64,000 bases of DNA. Origin: Candidatus Eiseniibacteriota bacterium. Lineage in GTDB: Bacteria > Eisenbacteria > RBG-16-71-46. Below the pieces are notes generated by a model. That model saw only the letters and a list, made by a program, of their open reading frames with translations, made no database searches and had not been told where the DNA came from. Both the position numbers and the translations under genes were made by a program. The stretch is taken from contig CAVUWA010000011.1 of assembly GCA_963744995.1 (NCBI GenBank), positions 256,001 through 320,000 on the forward strand, written 5' to 3'. Shown here in pieces: positions 55,972 to 64,000 of this stretch. The number at the start of each line of letters is the position of its first letter. Position 1 is the first letter of the stretch.

Positions 55972-56577
55972 TCAGCGGCTCTCGGCCTTCAACTGCCCCC
56001 ACGACGTGCGGCGCGTGTCGGTCGCACCGACCACGATGACCACGCCTCGCATCTGGAAGCTCTCGTGGATCCGGCAGAAGAACGGGAAACGACCCACCGA
56101 GTTGTACTGCCACTGGAACAACGGGTTCGCCGCGTCGAGCGGCGCGTCGAAGATCATACCCGCGTCCGCATCAATGGATTGGACACCGCTGGTCACGGTG
56201 TGAGAGCCGACCAGCTGCTGCCAGGCGACGATGTCGCCGACGCCGATCACGACCGAATCGACTGCCGTGCCGACCAGATCCCCGTCGTAGTCGAACTTGG
56301 TCGAGATGGCGCGGAAGGTGACGACGGGCACGCCCTGCGCGCTCGTGCCCACGATCGGGTGTTCGGCGAACCAGGCATCCACCGCGGCCTGCATCTCTTC
56401 GTCGGTCATCTCCTGGTCGGACATGTGATGCATGCCGGGGTGACCCATGGATTCCGCGGCGACCGTCTCGGCTGCGGAAGGGCGGCGTGCGGACAGTGCG
56501 GCGATCACCAGAATCGCGGCCACGCCGGCGAGGAGAAATTTGAACAGCGCGTGGACTCGGGGGGCACGGCTGAGCAT
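55972..56577 (-). CDS. Secreted cupredoxin (type-1 copper) with C-terminal SWGxLK motif
   Basis: Signal peptide; HTVTSG and FFCRIHESFQM (H, C-x2-H-x4-M); ends TDTRRTSWGQLKAESR. Confidence 0.85.
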   Translation of the reverse strand: MLSRAPRVHALFKFLLAGVAAILVIAALSARRPSAAETVAAESMGHPGMHHMSDQEMTDEEMQAAVDAWFAEHPIVGTSAQGVPVVTFRAISTKFDYDGDLVGTAVDSVVIGVGDIVAWQQLVGSHTVTSGVQSIDADAGMIFDAPLDAANPLFQWQYNSVGRFPFFCRIHESFQMRGVVIVVGATDTRRTSWGQLKAESR

Positions 56578-56771
56578 GGCAAGGCCTCACGGGGTGCGGG
56601 GACAGGGCTGTCGGGCAAACGTCGGTCGGCCGTCGTGGCCTCGGGTGAGCGAAAAGGATAGCACGGCGCACCGCATTCATGGCCCCGGAATCGTCGCGGA
56701 GCGCCCTGTTTCGGGCATATTTAGCGCTTTTGGGCGGAGGGCCGCGGCCCGGCGCGCGGCGGTGGCGCGCA

Positions 56772-57113
56772 TCAGTCCTCGCCCGGGACCGCTCTCCCGC
56801 GCTTCTTTTCGGAAAGGCGGCGCTTTTCCGCCAGCCGCGATTCGACCGCGGTCCGGGTCGGGCGCGTCGGGCGGCGTGGTTTCGGCTTTCGCCGCCGTTT
56901 CTCGAGCGCCTCGAAGACCCGCTCGAGTGCGAGCTCGCGGTTGCGGGTCTGCGAGCGGTGCTCGGTCGCGATGCGCACGATTCCGCTCGGCCGGTGGCGC
57001 ACGCGCACGCTCGACTCGGTCTTGTTCTTCTTCTGCCCACCGGGACCCGAGGAGCGGAAGGCGGTGACCTCGCAGTCGCGCGCGAGGCGTTCGAGATGTT
57101 CGGGGAGCGGCAT
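56772..57113 (-). CDS. arfB: ArfB-like peptidyl-tRNA hydrolase (class I release factor GGQ domain)
   Basis: RSSGPGGQKKNKTES, RSQTRNR, basic tail KPRRPTRPT...RLAEKRRLSEKKRGR. Confidence 0.8.
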   Translation of the reverse strand: MPLPEHLERLARDCEVTAFRSSGPGGQKKNKTESSVRVRHRPSGIVRIATEHRSQTRNRELALERVFEALEKRRRKPKPRRPTRPTRTAVESRLAEKRRLSEKKRGRAVPGED

Positions 57114-57189
57114 GGCGGTCTCGAAAGCGGGAAGCCGCGGCGCGCCGTGCGCCGCGGCTCCGGATCTTCGGGGCTGGTCCCCGCGATGT

Positions 57190-58038
57190 CTACTGCGCGA
57201 CCACCACGCGCTTCGCGCTCTGGTAGCCGGGCAAAATCAGCTGCACGAAGTAGACCCCGGGGCTCGCCCTGCGCCCCATGCGATCGCGGCCATCCCACGA
57301 GGCGCCGTAGGTGCCGGCCGCCAGGGTTTCGTCCAGCAGGCTCACGACCATGCGGCCGCTGGCGTCGAGCACCATCGCGCGCGCAGGCCCGCGCTCACGC
57401 AACGCGAAGCGGAACGAGGTGCCGCGCTGCGTCGGGTTGGGCGCAAGCGCGCTGGTGAAGCCGACGGCGTCCGTCACGCCGGTGAGCGGTGTCACCCCGA
57501 CCGGTGCGTCGACGACCACCACACCGCGCATGTTGAAGCTCTCATGGACGCGGCAGAAGTACGGGAACGTGCCGGCCTGGTTGAACTGGTAGTCGAACAC
57601 CGGAGTCGTCCCGTCGAGCGGCACGTCGAACAGCAGCCCCGCGTCCACGGCGGCCGAACTGTCGCCGCTGGTCACCGTGTGGGTGCCGATCAGCCGCTGC
57701 CAGCGCACGATCTCGCCGACCATGACGTGCGCGGTGTCGATGGGAGTCCCCGCGAGGTCGCCGTCGATATCGAAGTTCAGCGAGAACGCCTTGATGGTGA
57801 CGGCCGGGATTCCCTCCGCCGCGGCGGGCCTGACGGCCGGATGGGCCGCGTAGTACTCGCTCACCCACTGCGCCATGGCCTGGTCGGTCATCGGCACGCC
57901 GATGTCGTGGTTGTCGGGCAGCATCCGATGCGCGTAGCCCCCTGCGATCGGAGCATCAGCCGGAGCAAACAGAACGGCAGCAGCGGCAAACGCGAAAAGG
58001 AGGGCTGGGCGCAGGGATTGGACGTAGCGCTGATTCAT
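57190..58038 (-). CDS. Secreted cupredoxin with C-terminal FlgD-Ig/T9SS-CTD-like domain
   Basis: HTVTSG, YFCRVHESFNM; APNP...VLDASGR...WDGRD..G....PGVYF. Confidence 0.85.
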   Translation of the reverse strand: MNQRYVQSLRPALLFAFAAAAVLFAPADAPIAGGYAHRMLPDNHDIGVPMTDQAMAQWVSEYYAAHPAVRPAAAEGIPAVTIKAFSLNFDIDGDLAGTPIDTAHVMVGEIVRWQRLIGTHTVTSGDSSAAVDAGLLFDVPLDGTTPVFDYQFNQAGTFPYFCRVHESFNMRGVVVVDAPVGVTPLTGVTDAVGFTSALAPNPTQRGTSFRFALRERGPARAMVLDASGRMVVSLLDETLAAGTYGASWDGRDRMGRRASPGVYFVQLILPGYQSAKRVVVAQ

Positions 58039-58614
58039 CGGCGAGGCCTCCCCGCGGATGTCGGGCGGAGGTGGGGGGACTGGAGATGGCGACCATGCCG
58101 GAACGCCGGAAAGGATACACCGATCGAGCCGGGCGATACCAGCGGAAGATACGTATTGACTGTCGGTTCCGGGGGCGGGCCCGGATCGTGGACGGGCTCC
58201 GCGGCAGGGCGGGACGGGCCCGGGTCGCCCGCATCCGGCCGCACGCTTCGCCGGAAGGCCTTGAGGGGCAACGGATCGCGCCGAACGGGCCAGACCCCGT
58301 CTCGCCGGCGGGGCCGGCCGTCCGCGCCCGATCATCCGGCGCCGGCCGCATGCCCCGGCCTTCCAACGCCCACCGCCTTCAACCCTCGGGGCGCGGCGGG
58401 CGTCTTACCCGGGGCAGGCCCCGACACGACCAAAGGGGTTTGGCCTCGGGCGACGCGAGTCGACCGCGGGGCCTGCAACTTCACGGCGCGCCCGCGCGTG
58501 AGTCCCGGGAGCGGCCGCGGGCCCCTGCCGGTTGTGGCCCCTGCGATCGCGCCCGTAGACTGCCTCGCCGAATACGTTTCCGCCCGTTCATCCCACTCCA
58601 CCCCGGAGGCTTTC

Positions 58615-60012
58615 ATGCGCCTCGTCCGGATCGCCGCGCTGCCGCTCGCGCTGGCGTTCGCGGTCCTCGCCGCTCCGCCCGCCCTGCACGCGCAGGGCGC
58701 CCAACCGGCGTCGCCGATCAACGAGAAGAACTTCAAGGTCCAACGCCACGTGCTCGACAACGGCCTGGTCGTACTGCTGCACGAGGACCACAGCGTGCCC
58801 GCGGTGACCTTCTGGCAGTGGTACAAAGTCGGCTCGCGCAACGAGCACCCGGGCATCACCGGGCTGTCGCACTTCTTCGAGCACATGATGTTCAACGGCT
58901 CGACGAACGTGCCGCCCAAGGAATACGACCGCATCATCGAGTCCAACGGCGGCACCTCGAACGCGTTCACCAGCCGCGACATGACGGGGTACTACGAGGA
59001 CATCGCCTCGGACCGCGTGAACGTGCTGTTCCGGCTCGACTCGGACCGCATGGCGGGCCTGCTGTTCGAGCCGAAGTTGGTGAAGAGCGAGATCGAGGTC
59101 GTGAAGGAAGAGCGCCGCCTGCGCACCGACAACAGCATCTTCGGGATGCTCGACGAGCAGATGTACGCCACCGCGTTCAACGCCTCGCCCTACAGCTGGC
59201 CGGTGATCGGCTGGATGCACGATCTGGAGACGGTGGGCCGCGACGACCTGCTGGCCTACTACAAGACCTATTACGCGCCGGACAACTGCATCCTGGTGCT
59301 GGCGGGCGACTTCGACAGCGCGAAGGCGCTGGGCGAGATCAAGGCGGCGTTCGGGCCGATCCCGGCGCAGCCGAAACCGCCGGCGCCGGTCAATTCGGAG
59401 CCCGAGCAGCGCGGCGAGCGCCGCGCCGACGTGCACTATCCGGCGCAGCAGGTGACGTTCATGGGCGGCTACAAGGCGCCGAGCGTCGCGAGCCCGGACA
59501 ACGTGGTGCTCGACGTGCTGTCGTCGATTCTCGGCGACGGCGAGTCGTCGCGTCTCCACCGCTCGCTGGTCTACGACCATCAGGTCGCGCTCGCCGCCGG
59601 CACCTACTACCAGACGGCGCTCGAACCGACGTTGTTCGAGTTCTACGTGATGATGAAGCCGGGCGAGACGGCCGACACCGGCATCGCGCTGGTGGATTCG
59701 GTGTTCGAGAAGATCCAGGACGAGGGCCCCACGCCGCACGAGCTGGAGAAGGCCCAGAACCTGCTCGAGGCGCAGTTCGTGAAGCAGCTCAAGACCAACA
59801 ACGGCGTCGGCCAGACGCTGGCCTTCTACGAACACATCTACGGCGACTACCACAAGATGTACTCGGCGATCGCCAGCTACCGCGCGGTCACGATCGAGGA
59901 CTGCAAGCGCGTCGCCAGGAAGTACTTCACGCCGCTGCACCGCACGATCGTGCAGATCGTTCCCGACGCCGACCCGACGGCGGCCGCCACGCCGCGCGGC
60001 GAGGAGGACTGA
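58615..60012 (+). CDS. M16B zinc peptidase, catalytic subunit
   Basis: HFFEH (HxxEH), NAFT, VKEERR; signal peptide. Confidence 0.95.
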   Translation: MRLVRIAALPLALAFAVLAAPPALHAQGAQPASPINEKNFKVQRHVLDNGLVVLLHEDHSVPAVTFWQWYKVGSRNEHPGITGLSHFFEHMMFNGSTNVPPKEYDRIIESNGGTSNAFTSRDMTGYYEDIASDRVNVLFRLDSDRMAGLLFEPKLVKSEIEVVKEERRLRTDNSIFGMLDEQMYATAFNASPYSWPVIGWMHDLETVGRDDLLAYYKTYYAPDNCILVLAGDFDSAKALGEIKAAFGPIPAQPKPPAPVNSEPEQRGERRADVHYPAQQVTFMGGYKAPSVASPDNVVLDVLSSILGDGESSRLHRSLVYDHQVALAAGTYYQTALEPTLFEFYVMMKPGETADTGIALVDSVFEKIQDEGPTPHELEKAQNLLEAQFVKQLKTNNGVGQTLAFYEHIYGDYHKMYSAIASYRAVTIEDCKRVARKYFTPLHRTIVQIVPDADPTAAATPRGEED

Positions 60013-60016
60013 CGCC

Positions 60017-61390
60017 ATGAGAATCCCCAGAGTCCTGATCACGGCGTCGCTCGCGCTGCTCGCCGCCCTGCCGGCGGCCGCCGCGACCAGGCTGCCGGCC
60101 TACACGAAGACGACGCTCAAGAACGGCCTCACGGTGATCATCATGCCGACCGACCGGCTGCCGCTGGTGGACTTCCGTCTGGTGGCGCGCGCGGGCTCGG
60201 TGCACGACCCGGCGGGCAAGGAGGGCTTGGCGAGCCTCACCGCGGACCTGCTCACGCAGGGCGCGGGCGCGCGGGATGCCCGGCAGGTGGCCGACGACAT
60301 CGCGTTCGTCGGCGGGGATCTCGAGGCCTCGGCCGGCGCCGAGCAGCTCGTGGTCACCTGCGAGGTGCTGAGGAAGGACTTCACGACCGGGCTCGAAATG
60401 TTCCGGGACGTGATCGTGGCGCCCACGTTCCCGGCCGAGGAGTTCGAGCGCAAGAAGTCCGAAGCGATCGGCGCGATCGCGGCCAACAAGGACGATCCGG
60501 GCACGGTGGCCAACACCGAGCTGCTGCCGTTCATGATGGAGAACAGCCCGCTCGGCCACCCGGCGATCGGCTGGGAGGACGCGGTGCATGGCCTCACCCG
60601 CGAGGACGTGGTGAAGTTCCACCATGACTTCGTCACTCCGGACAACGCGATGCTCGCGGTGGTCGGCGACGTGGACCCGAAGACCACGCTCAAGGCGCTC
60701 GAGCAGGCGTTCAAGGACTGGAAGAAGTCCGGGAAGAAGCGCGGCGAGCCGTACGCGCCGCTCACCCGCGACGGCGGGCGCCGCATCGCGGTCGTCGACA
60801 AGCCCGAGGTCACGCAGACGCAGATCCGCTTCGCCTGCGTGGGCGTGCCGCGCAATCACCCCGACTACTATCCGATCGCGGTCGCCAACACGATCCTCGG
60901 CGCAGGCTTCACGTCGCGGCTCGTGGACGAGATCCGGGTGAACAAGGGCCTCACCTACAGCATCTCCAGCCGGTTCGACATGTACCGCAACGCCGGCCTG
61001 TTCCGGATCAGTACGTTCACGCGCAACGAAACGATCCGCGAGACCATCGACGAAGTCCTGAAGGTCGTGCAGACGCTGCGCGACGACGGGCCGAAGGCCG
61101 AGGAACTCACCAAGGCCAAATCTTTCCTGACGGGGCTCTATCCCCTGGGGCTGCAGGCGCCGGACAATCTGGCGGCGCGCCTGCTGGACGTCGAGTTCTA
61201 CGGTCTGCCGGCGGACTACATCGAGACCTACGCCGACCGCATCAACGAAGTGGATATGGACGACGCGCGGCGGGTGCTGAAGGCATACTTCTGCACGAAG
61301 GACCTGAACATTCTCCTGGTCTCGAATCCGGACGTGGCGAAGAAGGCGCTGGAAGGCATGGGCGAAGTCAGCGTGATCGCGCTGAACTAG
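60017..61390 (+). CDS. M16B peptidase, non-catalytic subunit
   Basis: No HxxEH; SRLVDEIRVNKGLTY R/Y pair; adjacent to the catalytic partner. Confidence 0.93.
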   Translation: MRIPRVLITASLALLAALPAAAATRLPAYTKTTLKNGLTVIIMPTDRLPLVDFRLVARAGSVHDPAGKEGLASLTADLLTQGAGARDARQVADDIAFVGGDLEASAGAEQLVVTCEVLRKDFTTGLEMFRDVIVAPTFPAEEFERKKSEAIGAIAANKDDPGTVANTELLPFMMENSPLGHPAIGWEDAVHGLTREDVVKFHHDFVTPDNAMLAVVGDVDPKTTLKALEQAFKDWKKSGKKRGEPYAPLTRDGGRRIAVVDKPEVTQTQIRFACVGVPRNHPDYYPIAVANTILGAGFTSRLVDEIRVNKGLTYSISSRFDMYRNAGLFRISTFTRNETIRETIDEVLKVVQTLRDDGPKAEELTKAKSFLTGLYPLGLQAPDNLAARLLDVEFYGLPADYIETYADRINEVDMDDARRVLKAYFCTKDLNILLVSNPDVAKKALEGMGEVSVIALN

Positions 61391-61560
61391 CCGCCGGCTC
61401 GAAGATTCGGCGGGGGGAGCGGCGGGTAGGAGGCCGCCCCCCGGCTCCGGGACGTCATGACGGGGCCCCGGCGCACCGCCCGGGGCCCCGGCGCGTCACG
61501 GCGCGCGTGGCGCCCGGGGGCGCGGCTCGCACTTCGCGCTTCATATGCTAGCTTGGCCGC

Positions 61561-62802
61561 GTGACCGCCCCCGCCCCGCCGTCTCCGCCCGATTCCGCCG
61601 TCGGCGGCAAGCGTCCGCTGCACCGCAACGTCAAGGCGCTCGGGTTCGCTTCGCTCCTCACCGACGTCTCGTCGGAGATGGTGCTGCCGATCCTGCCGCT
61701 GTTCCTCACCGAGACGCTGCGCGCCTCGGTGGCGAGCCTCGGCATCGTCGAGGGGGTGGCCGAGAGTGCGGCCTCGCTGCTGCGGCCCGCGACGGGCTGG
61801 CTCTCCGACCGGCTCGGCTGGCGGAAGCCGTTCATCGTCGGCGGCTACGGGCTGTCGTCGGTCGCCAAAGCGTGCTTCGGCTTCGCCAGCTCGTGGGGCG
61901 CGGTGCTGGGCTTCCGCTTCGGCGACCGGCTCGGCAAGGCGATCCGTACGCCACCGCGCGACGCGCTGCTCGCCGACTCGTCCGACGCGCGCGACTTCGG
62001 CCGCGCGTTCGGCCTGCACCGCGCGATGGACAACGCCGGCGCCGCCCTCGGCCCGCTCGCGGCCTTCGCGATCCTGAGCTTCTTCCCGGGCGATTTCCGG
62101 CGGGTGTTCTTCTTCTCGTTCGTTCCGGGGGCGCTGAGCGTGCTGGTGCTGATCTTCTTCGTGCAGCAGGTGAAACACCGCGCAGCGGCGTTCAAAGGCT
62201 TTCACATGGAGTGGAAGACGCTGGGCGCGCCGTTCCAGAAGTTCGTGCTGGTGGATTTCCTATTCCGGCTCGCAAGCTCGAGTCTGGCGTTCGTGCTGCT
62301 GCGCGCGAAGCAGGCGGGTTTCGCCGACGCCCACGTGCCGCTCGTATATTTCGTCTTCAACGTGATCACGGCAGTGCTGGCCTATCCGCTGGGGCGCTTC
62401 TCGGATCGCGTCGGGCGGCGCGGCATGGTGCTGCTGGGCTACCTGCTGTTCGCGGTGAACTACGCCGGGCTCGCACTGTTCGACTCGCGGCTCTCGGTGC
62501 TGGCCGCGTTCGTGGTGCTCGGCATTCACACGGCGCTGATCGACGGCCAGCAGAAGAGCCTCATCGCCGACCTGGTCCCGGCCGAGCGGCGCGGCACGGC
62601 GTACGGCGTCTATCACATGTTCGTGGGCGTCGCGCTGCTGCCGGCGAGCGTGATGGCCGGCTGGGTCTGGGATCGCTGGGGCGCGGGCGCCACGTTCGGT
62701 CTCGACGCGGCGCTGGCGCTGGCGGCGGCGCTGCTGTTCCTGGTGTTCGTGCCGCTGGGCCACGAGTGGAAAGCGAGGAGTCGGGATGCCCACGCTGGCT
62801 GA
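61561..62802 (+). CDS. MFS transporter
   Basis: DVSSEM, GWLSDRLGWRK, DRLGKAIRTPPRDAL, FGLHRAMD. Confidence 0.94.
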   Translation: MTAPAPPSPPDSAVGGKRPLHRNVKALGFASLLTDVSSEMVLPILPLFLTETLRASVASLGIVEGVAESAASLLRPATGWLSDRLGWRKPFIVGGYGLSSVAKACFGFASSWGAVLGFRFGDRLGKAIRTPPRDALLADSSDARDFGRAFGLHRAMDNAGAALGPLAAFAILSFFPGDFRRVFFFSFVPGALSVLVLIFFVQQVKHRAAAFKGFHMEWKTLGAPFQKFVLVDFLFRLASSSLAFVLLRAKQAGFADAHVPLVYFVFNVITAVLAYPLGRFSDRVGRRGMVLLGYLLFAVNYAGLALFDSRLSVLAAFVVLGIHTALIDGQQKSLIADLVPAERRGTAYGVYHMFVGVALLPASVMAGWVWDRWGAGATFGLDAALALAAALLFLVFVPLGHEWKARSRDAHAG

Positions 62803-63805
62803 ACTCGGTGAATTCGAGGTCATCCGCCGGCTCGCGGCGGTGCGCTCGGAGACGGAGGGCATCGTCACCGGTGCGGGGGACGACGCGGCGGTGGTGCGGC
62901 CGACGGACGGCTGCGACCTGGTGGTGACGGCCGACGCATTCGTCGAGGGCAGGCACTATCTGACCGAATGGATGAGCGCCGAGCAGGCCGGCCGCCGCCT
63001 CGCGACGGCGAACCTGAGCGACATGGCGGCGATGGCCGCGACGCCGCGCTGGGCGCTGCACTCGATCGGCGTCCGCGGTGATCAGACGATCGCCTGGCTC
63101 GAGCACTTCGAGCGCGGTGTGGACCGTGCGCTCGCCGAAGCCGGCGCGTCGGTGGTGGGCGGCAATCTCACGGCGATCGACGGCGCGGCGTGGGCGGACC
63201 TGACGCTGATGGGCGAAACGCAGCGCGGCGCGGCGTGGATGCGTGGCGGCGCGCGCGACGGCGACCTGCTGGTGGTGACCGGCTGGCCGGGGCGCGCGGG
63301 CGCGGGCTGGCGGCTGGCGGCGGCGCGCGGGGCGAAGGCGCGGTCGGCCGAATGGACCGAGTTGATCGCCGCGTGGGTCGCCCCCGAGGCGCGCCACGCG
63401 CTGGCGCTCGCGCTGCTGCCGCTCGGCGCGGTGACGGCCGCCGTGGACATCTCGGACGGGGTCGCGGGCGACGCCGGGCATCTGTGCGAGGCCAGCCACG
63501 CGGGCGCGGTGCTCGACGAATCGGTATGGCCGGACGACCCGCTGCTGGCGCGCGTGGCGGCGGAACTGGGCGTGCCGCTCGATGACCTGCGGCTGGGCCC
63601 GAGCGATGACTACGAGCTATTGCTGGCCGTGAAGCCGGGCGGGCTCGAGGCGTGTCTCGAGATCGCGCAGTCGCTGGACGTGCCGTTCCATGTCGTCGGT
63701 CGCGTGACCCGCGCCGGGCAGGGGCTGGTATGGCTCGGCAAGGGCGGCGCGCGGCCGCTCGGGGTGAAGGGCTTCGAGCATTTTCGCGGAAAGCCGCGCG
63801 ACTGA
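62786..63805 (+). CDS. thiL: Thiamine-monophosphate kinase
   Basis: GEFEVI, GDDAA, NLSDMAAM, DISDG, DYELL, GFEHF. Confidence 0.95.
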   Translation: MPTLAELGEFEVIRRLAAVRSETEGIVTGAGDDAAVVRPTDGCDLVVTADAFVEGRHYLTEWMSAEQAGRRLATANLSDMAAMAATPRWALHSIGVRGDQTIAWLEHFERGVDRALAEAGASVVGGNLTAIDGAAWADLTLMGETQRGAAWMRGGARDGDLLVVTGWPGRAGAGWRLAAARGAKARSAEWTELIAAWVAPEARHALALALLPLGAVTAAVDISDGVAGDAGHLCEASHAGAVLDESVWPDDPLLARVAAELGVPLDDLRLGPSDDYELLLAVKPGGLEACLEIAQSLDVPFHVVGRVTRAGQGLVWLGKGGARPLGVKGFEHFRGKPRD

Positions 63806-63836
63806 CTCTACTTCTGGCCGCGTCGCAACGAAAGGC

Positions 63837-64000
63837 ATGCACATGACGAAGCCCACGAACGTGAAGGAACTACTCGGCCTCCGGCAGGGGCCGCTGGCCG
63901 TCGGATTCCTGACTGAAATCCCGGCCGGGCTGCGCCGCTACGATGGCCCCGCACTCGCCGCGGGCTGCGGCTTCTGGCCCGAAGTCGACAAGCGTGGCGC
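63837..64000 (+). CDS. DUF169-like protein (3' end outside the window)
   Basis: Read manually: MHMTKPTNVKELLGLRQGPLAVGFLTEIPAGLRRYDGPALAAGCGFW. Confidence 0.6.
   Translation, partial: MHMTKPTNVKELLGLRQGPLAVGFLTEIPAGLRRYDGPALAAGCGFWPEVDKRG

Noticed and set aside
56941..58614. N-terminal extension of the 1023-aa M16 ORF
   Set aside because: Overlaps real minus-strand genes; the true start at 58615 has an RBS and signal peptide

Overview
Very GC-rich bacterial chromosome window with an outer membrane (porin, TamAB, OmpA, small beta-barrels), spanning the replication origin. The C-terminal motifs of its secreted proteins suggest an FCB-related candidate lineage such as Ca. Eisenbacteria; this is inference only. 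Core genes: SDR, groEL/groES, an atypical NtrC-family regulator, peroxiredoxin, DnaQ-like exonuclease, thioredoxin, a probable 6S-like RNA, HDAC, an ABC exporter, rex with its operator, gyrA-[OMP]-gyrB-dciA-dnaN-oriC-dnaA (no recF, no rpmH), phoBR, kup and a Pho-box-preceded porin-pstSCAB-phoU-tamA-tamB operon. The most unusual part is 47.3-58.0 kb. It has an ECF sigma / small protein / CmpX-like MscS / OmpA locus resembling the Pseudomonas sigX-crfX-cmpX-oprF module, extended by three YoxC-like+YtxH gene pairs and two small beta-barrels. It also has two paralogous blue-copper proteins with the same core but different C-terminal tails (an FlgD/T9SS-like domain versus a short SWGxLK motif), suggesting interchangeable export signals. 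The window ends with an M16 protease pair, MFS, thiL and a partial DUF169-like gene. No CRISPR, rRNA, tRNA or IS element was seen. All homology calls are from motif recognition, not database searches.
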